64,000 bases of DNA from Lentimicrobiaceae bacterium (GTDB taxonomy: Bacteria; Bacteroidota; Bacteroidia; Bacteroidales; JAAYJT01): positions 53,074 to 117,073 of the forward strand of contig JBBIIP010000002.1 in assembly GCA_037446395.1 (NCBI GenBank). Direction: 5' to 3'. Made by a program: the position numbers and the translations under genes. A model generated the notes under the pieces. That model had not been told where the DNA came from. It saw only the letters and a program-made list of their open reading frames with translations, and did no database searches. This document shows positions 10,651 to 21,006 of this stretch, one piece after another (within the stretch, counting starts at the first letter, position 1; every line of letters begins with the position of its first letter).

Positions 10651-11064
10651 CTACATGATATTTTTGTTTTCACAAAGTTCGGTAAGAACCCCCCCGGTCG
10701 ATTTGGGATGCAGAAATGCAATATGCAGCCCTTCGGCCCCCTTGCGGGGTTGTTTATCAATCAAATGAATTCCTTTGGCTTCGGTTTCTGCTAAAACCGC
10801 CTCCAGGTCATTCACAGCAAAAGCAATATGATGAACCCCTTCTCCTCGCTTTTCAATAAACTTGCCAATTGGCCCATCCGGATCGGTGGATTCGAGCAAC
10901 TCAATTTTGGTTTGTCCTACCATAAAAAAAGCAGTCTTCACTTTTTGATCCTTCACTTCTTCGATGGCGTAACACTCAAGTCCTAAAACGTTCTTATAGT
11001 AATCAATACTCATCCCGAGGTCTTTAACAGCGATTCCAATGTGTTCAATATGTGTCGGTTTCAT
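10651..11064 (-). CDS. mce: Methylmalonyl-CoA epimerase (VOC/glyoxalase fold)
   Basis: 137 aa. IEHIGIAVKDL ... IELLE ... GEGVHHIAF ... is typical of methylmalonyl-CoA epimerase. It lies upstream of the mmd genes. Confidence 0.85.
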   Translation of the reverse strand: MKPTHIEHIGIAVKDLGMSIDYYKNVLGLECYAIEEVKDQKVKTAFFMVGQTKIELLESTDPDGPIGKFIEKRGEGVHHIAFAVNDLEAVLAETEAKGIHLIDKQPRKGAEGLHIAFLHPKSTGGVLTELCENKNIM

Positions 11065-11272
11065 TCCTTTAATTTTGGGCCAAAATTACCTGCTTTTTAT
11101 GAGCCGGCAATGAAAAAAAATAAGAAAATATTTATGTAGCCAGTATATCTGTTAAGTACTATTTCGGGCGCGTTGAATCTGCCTCTACAGATAATATCTG
11201 TCGAAGCTGAATGTCTGATACAATATTTAGTAATTTTATCGGATCGAAAACCCATTTTAACACCAACAACCT

Positions 11273-12373
11273 ATGAAGATTATTAAAAATTTTCTGATCA
11301 TTGTCTCGGTGATCATGTTTTTGTTTTCTAATTCACTCACTGCTCAAACCAATGAAGATGTTGTGAAGCTTATCAATCAAAAATTTAATGAGCTGGATCA
11401 CCGCTTTGATGTCATCAGCAAGGCAATTGATGACCTGGCTTGGTATAATAATGTTGGCGATGTGGCCTATGTTGACAAGGTATTTATCACTGGGCCACCA
11501 CCGGCGGTGATCAAAAATCACAAACTCAAAGGCGCATCAAATCCAGTACGTTTCTATACATATATCTTCATTCCGCGCGATCTTGACCCTCAGAAAAAAT
11601 ATCCTTTACTTGTGCTACCACATGGAGGGGTGCATGCTGATTTTACTACCTATTATACCCATATCATCCGGGAAATGATTGCACAGCAATATATCGTTGT
11701 CGCTCCTGATTATCGGGGAAGCACAGGCTATGGCCAGCGCTTTTATGAACTGATAGATTATGGTGGCCTTGAAAATGAGGATGTAAAAGCAAGCCGCGAT
11801 TATGTGGTTGAAAATTATGAATTTGTTGATCCAAAGCGCGTTGGCATCATCGGATGGAGCCATGGTGGAATGATCGCCCTGATGAATATTTTTGATTATC
11901 CCAACGATTATCAGGTTGCATTTACTGGCGTGCCAGTAAGCGACCTGGTTGCCCGGATGGGCTATTCAACCGATTCTTATCGAAAGCTCTTCTCAGCCGA
12001 CTATCATCTTGGCAAAACAGCCCGCGAAGATGTAGATGAATATCGCCGCCGTTCACCCGTGAATCATGCGCACAAACTGCAAACGCCTTTGCTGATTCAC
12101 ACCAATACAAACGATGACGATGTGTATGTGCTTGAGGTCGAACACCTGATAAGGGCACTGAAAGCCGAAGGGAAAAAGTTTGAATACGAAATTTATAAAG
12201 ATATCCCCGGTGGCCATGGGTTCGACCGCATTGACTCCAGATTTGCCAAAGAAACCAGAATCAAAATATATGGCTTTTTGTCAAAATATCTCAATCCCCC
12301 ACGGCCAATAAAAAGCCTTCGCGAAATTGACAAAGCCGCCTACAGGCCGGTTGAGTTTAAATCTAAACAGTAA
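11273..12373 (+). CDS. S9-family serine peptidase / alpha-beta hydrolase with signal peptide
   Basis: Signal peptide, nucleophile elbow GWSHGG, and a later D and GGHGF region consistent with prolyl-oligopeptidase-type catalytic domains. Confidence 0.75.
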   Translation: MKIIKNFLIIVSVIMFLFSNSLTAQTNEDVVKLINQKFNELDHRFDVISKAIDDLAWYNNVGDVAYVDKVFITGPPPAVIKNHKLKGASNPVRFYTYIFIPRDLDPQKKYPLLVLPHGGVHADFTTYYTHIIREMIAQQYIVVAPDYRGSTGYGQRFYELIDYGGLENEDVKASRDYVVENYEFVDPKRVGIIGWSHGGMIALMNIFDYPNDYQVAFTGVPVSDLVARMGYSTDSYRKLFSADYHLGKTAREDVDEYRRRSPVNHAHKLQTPLLIHTNTNDDDVYVLEVEHLIRALKAEGKKFEYEIYKDIPGGHGFDRIDSRFAKETRIKIYGFLSKYLNPPRPIKSLREIDKAAYRPVEFKSKQ

Positions 12374-12395
12374 TCGGGTCATTTTAACTGCGGCT

Positions 12396-14027
12396 ATGTT
12401 TAAATTTAAGAAAATTCCACACACATTTGCTATCGTGTTTTTTATCATCATAGTAGCTGCCACGCTCACCTGGGTGTTGCCTGCAGGGAAATATACCGAG
12501 CAAAAACAGCTAGTCAATGGGGAAGAACTGACCACCATGGTTTTTCGTTACGACAACAGTTTGCCTGAGAGCCAGAGCCAAAACACTGGAAGTGGTGGGA
12601 AGCCGCAAACGTGGCAGGTTTTTGCAGCCCTTTTCAAAGGGTTTGTCAAGCAATCGAACATCATCATCTTTATCCTGATGATTGGCGGTGCTTTTTGGAT
12701 TATGAACCAAAGCCGTGCCATTGATGTAGGCATCCTTGCTTTCCTGCGTTTCACGCATGGGCTGGAACGATATAAGTTCATAAGAAAACTCGGGGTTCAT
12801 AATATTGTGATTGTTCTTATTATCCTGATGTTCAGTATATTTGGCGCTGTTTTTGGAATGAGCGAAGAAACCATCGCATTTATCATTATCCTGGTTCCGC
12901 TGGCGATACGCATGGGATATGATTCCATCGTGGGGGTTTGCATGGTGTATGTAGCTGCTCACATTGGATTCGCCGGGGCGGTACTTAACCCATTCACCAT
13001 TGGAATCGCACAGGGATTGGCCAAAATTCCGTTGTTTTCGGGCATCGAATACCGAATTTTTTGCTGGGCAGTGATCAACTTTGTTGGAATTGCATTTGTA
13101 TTATTTTATGCCCGAAAGGTGAAAAGAAACCCAATGCGTTCAAATGTTTACGAGGAAGATGCCTACTGGCGCCAAAAAGAGAGCGAAAATCTGGAAACAA
13201 TTGAATACCAGACCCCCAAAGCTGCCTGGGTGGTTTATTCGGTCATTCTGGCTGCCCTGATTGCTTTCTCAATTTATCATCCGGTTTCCAAACTGAGCAT
13301 TGGCAACTCATCTGTCACCTTCAGTGTGTTACCAATTTCAACACTCCTGTTTGCGCTCGGTGGCCTCCTCACTTTGCGGCGGTCGGTGCACTTCTTCATC
13401 CTACACTTGCTGGCCTTTACCATACTTTTTCTCATTATTGGTGTTATGGGATACGGATGGTATGTGATGGAAATAGCCACCCTGTTCATGGCTTTGGGAA
13501 TAGCATCCGGACTGAGCATGGGGCATTCGGCCGATAAAATTTCGCGGTTATTTCTCGAGGGTGCAAAAGACATTCTTTCGGCTGCCGTGATTGTAGGCCT
13601 TGCAGGCGGAATCATCGTCATACTCGAAGATGGGGGAGTGATTGATACCATCCTATACAGCCTCTCAAAAGGCATGGCCGATTTTGGCAAAATTGCCTCG
13701 ATTGGGGTGATGTACACAATCCAAACAATCATCAATATTATCATCCCGTCGGGTTCGGCAAAGGCAGCGCTTACCATGCCAATCATGGCACCATTTTCTG
13801 ATCTGATCGGCGTTTCGCGACAGGCCACGGTGATGGCTTTTCAATTTGGCGATGGTTTTACAAACATGATCACCCCAACCTCGGGTGTACTGATCGGCGC
13901 CCTTGGTGTAGCTCGAATACCTTACGATAAGTGGGTAAAATGGATTTGGCCGCTGATGCTGATGCTGATCGTTATCGGGTTCTTGCTTCTAATTCCTACA
14001 GTCCTTTTCCGACTCAACGGATTTTGA
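12396..14027 (+). CDS. YfcC/DcuC-like anaerobic C4-dicarboxylate / basic amino-acid carrier family membrane protein
   Basis: Polytopic protein of about 540 aa resembling the YfcC family (N-terminal FKFKKIPHTFAIVF, C-terminal GDGFTNMITPTSG). Start placed at ATG 12396, because the ORF-track start is a TTG overlapping the previous gene. Confidence 0.7.
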   Translation: MFKFKKIPHTFAIVFFIIIVAATLTWVLPAGKYTEQKQLVNGEELTTMVFRYDNSLPESQSQNTGSGGKPQTWQVFAALFKGFVKQSNIIIFILMIGGAFWIMNQSRAIDVGILAFLRFTHGLERYKFIRKLGVHNIVIVLIILMFSIFGAVFGMSEETIAFIIILVPLAIRMGYDSIVGVCMVYVAAHIGFAGAVLNPFTIGIAQGLAKIPLFSGIEYRIFCWAVINFVGIAFVLFYARKVKRNPMRSNVYEEDAYWRQKESENLETIEYQTPKAAWVVYSVILAALIAFSIYHPVSKLSIGNSSVTFSVLPISTLLFALGGLLTLRRSVHFFILHLLAFTILFLIIGVMGYGWYVMEIATLFMALGIASGLSMGHSADKISRLFLEGAKDILSAAVIVGLAGGIIVILEDGGVIDTILYSLSKGMADFGKIASIGVMYTIQTIINIIIPSGSAKAALTMPIMAPFSDLIGVSRQATVMAFQFGDGFTNMITPTSGVLIGALGVARIPYDKWVKWIWPLMLMLIVIGFLLLIPTVLFRLNGF

Positions 14028-14094
14028 GCCTGGCATCGAGTATGCTAAGTAGGAGAGAGTGGCAAAATAATTTGATAATTGGGTATTTCGCCCA

Positions 14095-14128
14095 AAAAAG
14101 CAAAGCCACCTGCCGATGGCTTTGTTTT
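14095..14128. terminator. Bidirectional intrinsic terminator hairpin
   Basis: AAAAAAG-CAAAGCCA-cctgccga-TGGCTTTG-TTTT: an 8-bp stem with an A-run and a T-run. It lies between the 3' end of the YfcC-like gene (+) and the 3' end of tRNA-Arg (-). Confidence 0.55.
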
Positions 14129-14135
14129 CTTCTAG

Positions 14136-14209
14136 TGACCCCGACAGGATTCAAACCTGTGACTTTCAGAACCGGAATCTGACGTTCTATTCAGCTGAAC
14201 TACGGGGCC
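14136..14209 (-). tRNA. tRNA-Arg (anticodon CCG)
   Basis: The reverse complement folds by hand into a cloverleaf. Acceptor stem is GGCCCCG/CGGGGTC (one G-U pair). D arm is GTTC..GAAC. Anticodon stem is TCAGA/TCTGA with loop TT-CCG-GT. T arm is ACAGG-TTTGAAT-CCTGT and the discriminator is A. CCA is not encoded. Confidence 0.85.
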
Positions 14210-14329
14210 TTTTTGACTGACAAAGATAATTATTTTTTTCACCATCATGCGACCATAGTCTTCGCAACGGTTCAACAGGTTACATTGTATTTTCTTACAT
14301 ACTTCCGACAGGGGTTGTTGCAAATGGAT

Positions 14330-14337
14330 TATTTTTG
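14330..14337 (+). promoter_or_regulatory. Candidate -7 promoter box (TATTTTTG) upstream of fba
   Basis: Exact TAnnTTTG match 48 nt upstream of ATG 14385. No clear -33 element. Confidence 0.3.
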
Positions 14338-14384
14338 CCGACGAAAACATCAAACGATCATACATAAAAAAATAAAACACTGAA

Positions 14385-15464
14385 ATGAGCGAAAGAATCA
14401 GCAATAAAATCGTCCCTGGCGTAGTGACCGGAGAGGACGTGAAAACAATATTTCGGATTGCCAAGGAAAACGAATTTGCAATTCCTGCAGTCAACGTTGT
14501 TGGAACAAATTCAATAAATAGTGTGCTTGAGGCAGCAAGTATCGTCAATTCACCTGTAATCATTCAATTCTCAAACGGGGGCGGCCAGTTCTATGCAGGG
14601 AAATCCCTGAACAACGATGGTCAAAAGGCATCCATCGCCGGAACAATATCCGGAGCGCTGCATGTGCATCAGGTTGCGAAAATGTATGGCATTCCTGTGA
14701 TCCTGCACACCGATCATGCCGCCCGCAAGCTACTGCCGTGGATTGACGGATTACTTAGTGCCAGCCAGGAGCATTTCAAAAATTTCGGTCAACCTTTATT
14801 CAGTTCACATATGCTCGATCTGAGCGAAGAACCGCTGAATGAAAACCTTGAAACCTGTAAGAAATATTTCGACCAGATGAATAAAATAGGCATCACCCTC
14901 GAAATGGAACTGGGAGTTACCGGTGGCGAGGAAGATGGTGTTGATAATACTGGGATCGAAAGTTCAAGGCTTTATACTCAGCCCTCAGAGGTGGCTGCAG
15001 CTTATGAGGCACTGAGTGCAATCAGTAACAGGTTTACCATCGCTGCTTCTTTTGGGAATGTTCATGGCGTTTACAAACCAGGCAATGTGAAGTTGCAACC
15101 CATTATTCTGAAGAATTCCCAGGAGTATATACAGCATAAATTTAAGACTTCGGCTAAACCTGTTGATTTTGTTTTTCATGGCGGCTCAGGTTCGGCTCGT
15201 GATGAGATTCGCGAAGCCATTTCGTATGGCGTGATAAAAATGAATATTGATACCGACACCCAGTGGGCTTATTGGGATGGAGTCAAAAATTATTACAAGA
15301 AAAATGTGGGATACCTGCAGGGACAGATTGGTAACCCTGAAGGGGAGGATAAACCGAATAAAAAATATTACGACCCCAGGGCATGGCTACGTGAAGGTGA
15401 GAAAACAGTCGTTGCAAGGCTAAAAACTGCTTTTGAAGATCTTAACTGCCTTGACAGGTACTAA
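14385..15464 (+). CDS. fba: Class II fructose-1,6-bisphosphate aldolase
   Basis: 359 aa. FAIPAVNV, ILHTDH, SSHMLDLSEE, FGNVHGVYK and FVFHGGSGS are class II (FbaA-type) aldolase motifs. Confidence 0.95.
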   Translation: MSERISNKIVPGVVTGEDVKTIFRIAKENEFAIPAVNVVGTNSINSVLEAASIVNSPVIIQFSNGGGQFYAGKSLNNDGQKASIAGTISGALHVHQVAKMYGIPVILHTDHAARKLLPWIDGLLSASQEHFKNFGQPLFSSHMLDLSEEPLNENLETCKKYFDQMNKIGITLEMELGVTGGEEDGVDNTGIESSRLYTQPSEVAAAYEALSAISNRFTIAASFGNVHGVYKPGNVKLQPIILKNSQEYIQHKFKTSAKPVDFVFHGGSGSARDEIREAISYGVIKMNIDTDTQWAYWDGVKNYYKKNVGYLQGQIGNPEGEDKPNKKYYDPRAWLREGEKTVVARLKTAFEDLNCLDRY

Positions 15465-15620
15465 ATCTTGGAGGGTGATTAATATAAATTAGTGGGCTTG
15501 CGTGCAAATCGCAAATTCTCCTGACCACTCACGATGAAAGAGTCCTTCACCTCAATCACCCAACAAAAGACCATGTTCATTGTCGGGTATCAGGCATTTG
15601 GATTATTTTGAATTGTATAG

Positions 15621-16145
15621 TTAAAACCATCTGAACGAGGTGCTCTCTAATGGGTTTTTATTCTTCCAATCCTTGTCTTTAAAGGCAATCCACCAATCAT
15701 TATAAAGATTCCTGACAATAAGAATCTCAACTCCTTTCAGTCCTTTGTTTCTGTCTTCAGCCTGTATATCAATTAAATATGGATCAAGGGAGCCATATCT
15801 GTTCCCATTTCTTATACCTTCAACAGTCCACAGCAAACATTCTCCCAGTATAAGATATTGTCGGTTATATGGGAAAGGTGTCCTGGACGATATAGGATTA
15901 AAGGGGAAATTAGTGATTTGGGATGTATCTTTCGAATGACAAATGAGCGCCTGAATATGATTTTGGTTAAAGTCTGGCATAATAAGCCATAAATTTTTGC
16001 CATTTTCTCCCTTCTCATAGCAATTATACGTTCCATTCTTAACTTGTTTGACAAATTTCTCAACATCAGGATGCTCTGGGTCAAAACTTTTTTCGCATCC
16101 AAGGCAAGAAAGCATCGAAATAACGACGATTATCACATTTTTCAT
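15621..16145 (-). CDS. Hypothetical lipoprotein
   Basis: Signal peptide with a lipobox-like SCLGC. No recognisable catalytic motif. Confidence 0.5.
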   Translation of the reverse strand: MKNVIIVVISMLSCLGCEKSFDPEHPDVEKFVKQVKNGTYNCYEKGENGKNLWLIMPDFNQNHIQALICHSKDTSQITNFPFNPISSRTPFPYNRQYLILGECLLWTVEGIRNGNRYGSLDPYLIDIQAEDRNKGLKGVEILIVRNLYNDWWIAFKDKDWKNKNPLESTSFRWF

Positions 16146-16326
16146 TTTAATCAGTTTTGTGATAGACGAGGGATACCTGCTCAGGGTTGCATTCCTATTT
16201 TAGGTTGATCAAAGTGCAATAGCACGACTTCTTTGGCGGGCATTCTGCCAGTGGTCAAAGAGTAAATAATGTTACAAAGTAAACTGGCTTTTCCCTTTAT
16301 TCGGCAATAATTTATCAACGCCTGCG

Positions 16327-17175
16327 CTATTCTATTTCGGCCGTTATCGGATGGATGTTGAGCACAGGAATCGGCGATAGATTCACGATTTGCTGTGCAT
16401 AGGGACCTAGCCAAAGATTTGACGGGGCTGATTCCTGTTCTGTCATGATTGAGATAAGGTTGCCTTTCTTTTCGATGGCATACTCAATGATGGTTTCGGC
16501 GATGTTTTGAGTAGGACGTGAATCAAATGAACATTTAATATTCTGTTCCTTCATAAATTCAACTACCTGAAATGCATAGCCTTCTACCTGAAGCTGCACA
16601 TTCCTGACTCCGGATTTTAACAGTGCCACAACCAACACCTCAGCGTTGAAAATCTGTGCAATTTTAGCAGTAAAGGCTGTTTTTTGCCTTGTTTCTGGTG
16701 TGCTGTCTATTGGTAATATGATTTTTTTTAGATTACGGCTTGCGCTTAACCCACCCCGGATGGTGATCACCGGACAGGGGGAAATTGAAATGATCTTGTT
16801 GGCGTTGCTGCCAGCCCAAAACTCAACAAAGCCTGATGCCCCATGGGTGCCCGCCACAATCATTTCGGCATTGCTTTCCTTGGCCTGTTGAGCAACTTGC
16901 TGATACACTTTTCCTTCACGAATTACATATTCGATTTGACTTGGGAAAAGCTGGGGTGAATACTTATCAATGAGGCGCCGGAATTGCAGCTTGACTTCTT
17001 CCTTCAATTCGTCTGAATGATCAGATGAAAGCAATATTTTGGTGGTTGTTGGGTTGTTTACCCACACCATGATAATTTTATATCCTCCCTTGTCGGCAAT
17101 TGTAATGGCATGCTCCAATGCATTAATGGAGCAATCCGAAAAATCAATTGCTGTGATTATATTTTTCATAATCAA
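16327..17175 (-). CDS. Tandem-domain universal stress protein (UspA family)
   Basis: 282 aa with two USP halves. Motifs include AIDFS, IVAGTHGASGF..GSNA and PCPVITIR. It is a paralogue of 17772..18620. Confidence 0.8.
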   Translation of the reverse strand: MIMKNIITAIDFSDCSINALEHAITIADKGGYKIIMVWVNNPTTTKILLSSDHSDELKEEVKLQFRRLIDKYSPQLFPSQIEYVIREGKVYQQVAQQAKESNAEMIVAGTHGASGFVEFWAGSNANKIISISPCPVITIRGGLSASRNLKKIILPIDSTPETRQKTAFTAKIAQIFNAEVLVVALLKSGVRNVQLQVEGYAFQVVEFMKEQNIKCSFDSRPTQNIAETIIEYAIEKKGNLISIMTEQESAPSNLWLGPYAQQIVNLSPIPVLNIHPITAEIE

Positions 17176-17336
17176 TAATTTAGCTTAAGTGTTTTTTCAA
17201 AAAAAGGTTTAACTTCCGAGCCAAAAATTTTGTTTTCTATTATGAATTGAATTTTAAAAAACAGAATCGCTAAAGTTCAGCTAAGATAGTCAAAAAAGGG
17301 GACAAATCAAATACTCCGGCCAAATCTCTTGAATTT

Positions 17337-17765
17337 TTAATTGATAGAAGGCGGATTGATTTTATCATTTACGGTAAATGCGTTGGGATAATCTCCAGAA
17401 ATGATTTGTTTGAACCCTTCCGCCTCAAGGCGTGTTCTGAAATCGCCAACCCTGACACGGAAGAAGGGCTCCTTAAAGTCAATGTAAGCATTCGTTGACG
17501 GATAGCGCTGAAGAAATCTCTCTCTGGTTGATGAAGCGTTTCGTTTACTTTGGTTGCCCGAATCAAAAAAAATCTGCACCCTGAACCCGTCGAGACGGTT
17601 CTGATTGGCTGCATATTTAAGGTATTGCTCCTCAAGTTGATTGATCCGGCTATCTTTGATTATGGTTACTTCGCCAGTACCAACCGGACTTTGGGAATAA
17701 GCATTTAAAAAGGCCTGGATGCAACCAAAAAATAGCAGGAGTGTCAGGTATCTTTTAATCAACAT
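17337..17765 (-). CDS. SPOR (peptidoglycan-binding) domain protein with signal peptide
   Basis: The C-terminal FRVQIFFDS...FRVRVGDFRTRLEAEGF pattern is typical of SPOR repeats. Confidence 0.7.
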   Translation of the reverse strand: MLIKRYLTLLLFFGCIQAFLNAYSQSPVGTGEVTIIKDSRINQLEEQYLKYAANQNRLDGFRVQIFFDSGNQSKRNASSTRERFLQRYPSTNAYIDFKEPFFRVRVGDFRTRLEAEGFKQIISGDYPNAFTVNDKINPPSIN

Positions 17766-17771
17766 TATGCT

Positions 17772-18620
17772 TTAACGCAGTATAAATGTTTTTATTTCGG
17801 TGGGTTGCACGCTCAATACCGGAATCGGCGAGTAATTTACAATCTGCTCGGCCTGAGGGCCAAGAAGCAGGTTTGATGCAGAGCCCTGTTGCTCGGTCAT
17901 GATCACCAAAAGATCAGCGTTCACGTCATTGGCAAAATCAATGGCAGCTTTTGTAACATTGATCGAATGAATTTCGACAGATTCGCATTCAATACTGTTT
18001 TTCTGACAATATCTCACTGCATACTCCATGTTGCTCAATGCCTTTTTCTGCAATGATTTTAAAGTGGTACTGTGTAATCCCACGATATGAATCTTGCTGC
18101 CGAGAGTTTGAGCCAAACTGATGGCAGTGGGCACTTTCTGCTTGGTTTCTGAGGTGGAGTCAATGGGCAGTACAATGTTCTTAAAATCACTTTTTATTTT
18201 ATAATCAAACCTGACGGTTATTACCGGGCATGGGGCATAAGATACAATGCGGTAGGCATTGCTACCGATCCAGTATTCTTCAAAACCTGTAACCCCATGG
18301 GTGCCAGCTACAATTAAGTCCGCCCCGATAATACGCGAAAGCGCAGCCACTTCCTGATAAACTTTTCCCCGCCGAAGTTTATATTCAAGACTAACTTTAA
18401 GCCCTTCTTTTTTATTGATTGCAATCAGGTCATTAAAGTTTTTAATGGCTTCGTTTCGAAATTCACTGTTGATAGTGCTGCTGGCAAGGCTGATTCCACA
18501 CTCATTATCAACCCATACCATGGTTAGATTTGCCGAGAGCTTTTCGGCCAACATTCGGGCATAATTCAATGCATGAATCGAGCCCTTTGAAAAATCAATG
18601 GCTGCTAATATCTTTTTCAT
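17772..18620 (-). CDS. Tandem-domain universal stress protein (UspA family)
   Basis: 282 aa. Same motif set as 16327..17175 (AIDFS, MVWV, IVAGTHGVTGF, PCPVITVR, LPIDSTSETKQK, IMTEQ, SPIPVL). Confidence 0.8.
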   Translation of the reverse strand: MKKILAAIDFSKGSIHALNYARMLAEKLSANLTMVWVDNECGISLASSTINSEFRNEAIKNFNDLIAINKKEGLKVSLEYKLRRGKVYQEVAALSRIIGADLIVAGTHGVTGFEEYWIGSNAYRIVSYAPCPVITVRFDYKIKSDFKNIVLPIDSTSETKQKVPTAISLAQTLGSKIHIVGLHSTTLKSLQKKALSNMEYAVRYCQKNSIECESVEIHSINVTKAAIDFANDVNADLLVIMTEQQGSASNLLLGPQAEQIVNYSPIPVLSVQPTEIKTFILR

Positions 18621-18816
18621 TGCAACTGCATTTGGGGGAAATTACCCCGCTAAATTATTGATTTTTTAATTACCGTTGCACGATAGTTATATTCTTTCTA
18701 TGTTTTTTCATGAGGCTGATGCCGTAACTTCATTTATGGCTGTCAGCTAATTGAAGATGAATTGATTTAGAAATCCGTGATTTACATTGAATCCGCGGCA
18801 TAACATTCAAATTTTG

Positions 18817-18824
18817 TACTTTTG
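18817..18824 (+). promoter_or_regulatory. Candidate -7 promoter box (TACTTTTG) upstream of ruvB
   Basis: Exact TAnnTTTG match 39 nt upstream of ATG 18863. Confidence 0.3.
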
Positions 18825-18862
18825 AATTTTGAACTGCAGCTTTTATAAAATTTACTGTCCAA

Positions 18863-19897
18863 ATGGCCACACACATCTCTCTTGACCCTGAATTTGAAAA
18901 CCTGAGCCAGGCCGAACGCGAGCTTGAGAAGGTTTTGCGCCCCGCTGATTTCCGGGATTTTTCAGGACAAGCCAATGTGGTTGAAAACCTAAAAGTCTTT
19001 GTGAAAGCTGCCCGGCAGCGCAACGAACCGCTCGACCATGTGCTCTTGCACGGCCCTCCGGGGTTGGGAAAGACCACCCTCTCACACATTATTGCCAATG
19101 AGTTGGGCGTGAATATTAAAATAACTTCAGGCCCGGTGCTCGATAAACCTGGCGACCTGGCCGGCCTGCTGACCAACCTCGATAAGAATGATGTACTTTT
19201 TATTGACGAAATACACCGTCTGAGTCCTGTGGTTGAAGAATACTTGTATTCGGCCATGGAAGATTACAGAATTGACATCATGATCGAAACCGGGCCCAAT
19301 GCTCGAAGCATACAAATTGTAATTAACCCCTTTACCCTCATCGGTGCAACCACCCGAAGCGGATTGCTTACTGCACCGTTGCGCTCGAGGTTCGGCATCA
19401 ATTCTCGTCTTTCATACTACGATGCCAAAACCCTCGAAGGGATTGTTGTGCGCTCTGCAGGGATACTGAAAGTCCCTATCACCAGTCAGGCTGCTCACGA
19501 AATTGCAGGGCGGAGCCGAGGCACCCCGCGAATCTGCAACCTGCTCCTGCGAAGGGTTAGAGATTTTGCCCAGATAAAAGGCAATGGCTCAATTGACCTG
19601 GCCATCACCCAATATGCGCTCGAGGCACTCAATGTTGATAAATTTGGACTCGACGAAATGGATAACAAAATTCTGAGTACCATTATCGAAAAATTCAAAG
19701 GTGGGCCGGTTGGCCTTAACACAGTTGCCACTGCCGTTGGCGAAGACCCGGGCACAATCGAAGAAGTATATGAACCATTTCTGATCATGGAAGGATTTAT
19801 TATGCGCACACCGAGGGGGAGAGAAGTTACCCCCAGAGCCTATGCGCATCTCGGCAAAACAAATATTCCGCAGCAAAAAAAGCTCTTCGAGGAATAA
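18863..19897 (+). CDS. ruvB: Holliday junction branch migration helicase RuvB
   Basis: LRP..F.DF.GQ, Walker [10 protein letters not shown], Walker [10 protein letters not shown], and sensor and winged-helix regions typical of RuvB. Confidence 0.95.
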   Translation: MATHISLDPEFENLSQAERELEKVLRPADFRDFSGQANVVENLKVFVKAARQRNEPLDHVLLHGPPGLGKTTLSHIIANELGVNIKITSGPVLDKPGDLAGLLTNLDKNDVLFIDEIHRLSPVVEEYLYSAMEDYRIDIMIETGPNARSIQIVINPFTLIGATTRSGLLTAPLRSRFGINSRLSYYDAKTLEGIVVRSAGILKVPITSQAAHEIAGRSRGTPRICNLLLRRVRDFAQIKGNGSIDLAITQYALEALNVDKFGLDEMDNKILSTIIEKFKGGPVGLNTVATAVGEDPGTIEEVYEPFLIMEGFIMRTPRGREVTPRAYAHLGKTNIPQQKKLFEE

Positions 19898-20046
19898 GAC
19901 GCCATTAGTAACAGACGATTAATTTAGTTTTAATGCATATAGTTTTCGCAAGCAGAGGAGGAATTCTTTGCTAAAGAAAAATTTTTCGAATGCGTAGCCT
20001 CGATAACCCCTATTACTTTTTGCATCAAACCCAATAGGATTAAAAC

Positions 20047-21006
20047 ATGGATAACCAGCATGCTTCACAACGCATTAAAGATTTTGCAAGAAGCCTTGGC
20101 TTTCGGGCATGTGGGATTGCAAAATATGAAGTGCTCGAAGATTACCGGGTGCGATTGGCCAACTGGCTCGAAAATGGATTTCAGGGAAAAATGAGTTACA
20201 TGTCTAAAAACTTCGAAACACGTCTCGATCCGGGCAAATTGGTTGACAATGCACGCAGTGTGATCGTGGTATTGCAAAGCTACAACCCGCAGCGTTTATT
20301 GCCCGCAGACTCTGCTTATCTCATTTCGCGATATGCCTACGGCAATGATTATCATGATGTTATAAAAAACAAACTTTACAAATTGCACAATTATATTGCC
20401 CAACATATTGCTGAATGCAGGGCACGCGTATTTACTGATTCGGCTCCACTGCTTGAGCGGGCATGGGCGGTGCGGGCGGGCTTGGGATGGTTTGGAAAAA
20501 ATTCAATGCTAATCACTCCAAAAGAGGGGTCTTATTTTTTCATCGGAGAAATTATAACTGACCTGGAGTTGGCCTATGACACTCCGGGTAAAAAGAATTA
20601 TTGCGGAAATTGCACGCAATGTATTAAGGCATGCCCAACCAAGGCCATCGTTGGCAATGGAATCATTGATGCCCGACGCTGCATTTCCTACCTGACTATC
20701 GAAAATAAAGAGGAAATTTCCGTGGAGTTCTCGGGTAAATATCAGCAATGGATTTTTGGTTGCGATATTTGCCAGCAGGTTTGTCCATGGAACCAATCTG
20801 CACCATATCATAATGAGCCCTCATTTTCTTTGCCAGACGAAGTAATGCAGATACAGGCTGCCGACTGGGAAGCCCTTACAAAAGAAAAATTTGAAAGCCT
20901 GTTTGCCAATTCACCCATCAGAAGGACAAAATTTGAGCGACTCAAAAGAAACATTGAGTTCTTAAAAACAGCCAACAATCAATCCGGCCAATCTCCTATT
21001 TCCTGA
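20047..21006 (+). CDS. queG: Epoxyqueuosine reductase
   Basis: Two ferredoxin motifs (CGNCTQCIKACP, CDICQQVCPWN) and the overall QueG pattern (GLGWFGKNSMLI, RCISYLTIE). Confidence 0.9.
   Translation: MDNQHASQRIKDFARSLGFRACGIAKYEVLEDYRVRLANWLENGFQGKMSYMSKNFETRLDPGKLVDNARSVIVVLQSYNPQRLLPADSAYLISRYAYGNDYHDVIKNKLYKLHNYIAQHIAECRARVFTDSAPLLERAWAVRAGLGWFGKNSMLITPKEGSYFFIGEIITDLELAYDTPGKKNYCGNCTQCIKACPTKAIVGNGIIDARRCISYLTIENKEEISVEFSGKYQQWIFGCDICQQVCPWNQSAPYHNEPSFSLPDEVMQIQAADWEALTKEKFESLFANSPIRRTKFERLKRNIEFLKTANNQSGQSPIS

Noticed and set aside
13277-13828. 183-aa ORF (and 12510..12962, 150 aa) antisense to the YfcC-like transporter
   Set aside because: These are shadow ORFs inside a long membrane-protein gene. 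They have no start context or motifs.
14028-14384. tRNA-Arg as a possible genomic-island integration site
   Set aside because: No integrase, no direct repeat of the tRNA 3' end and no mobile genes lie on either side. The flanks are housekeeping genes (transporter, fba).
18730-19257. 175-aa ORF antisense to the 5' half of ruvB
   Set aside because: It fully overlaps a high-confidence conserved gene. The translated sequence is S/R/P-rich with no motifs.
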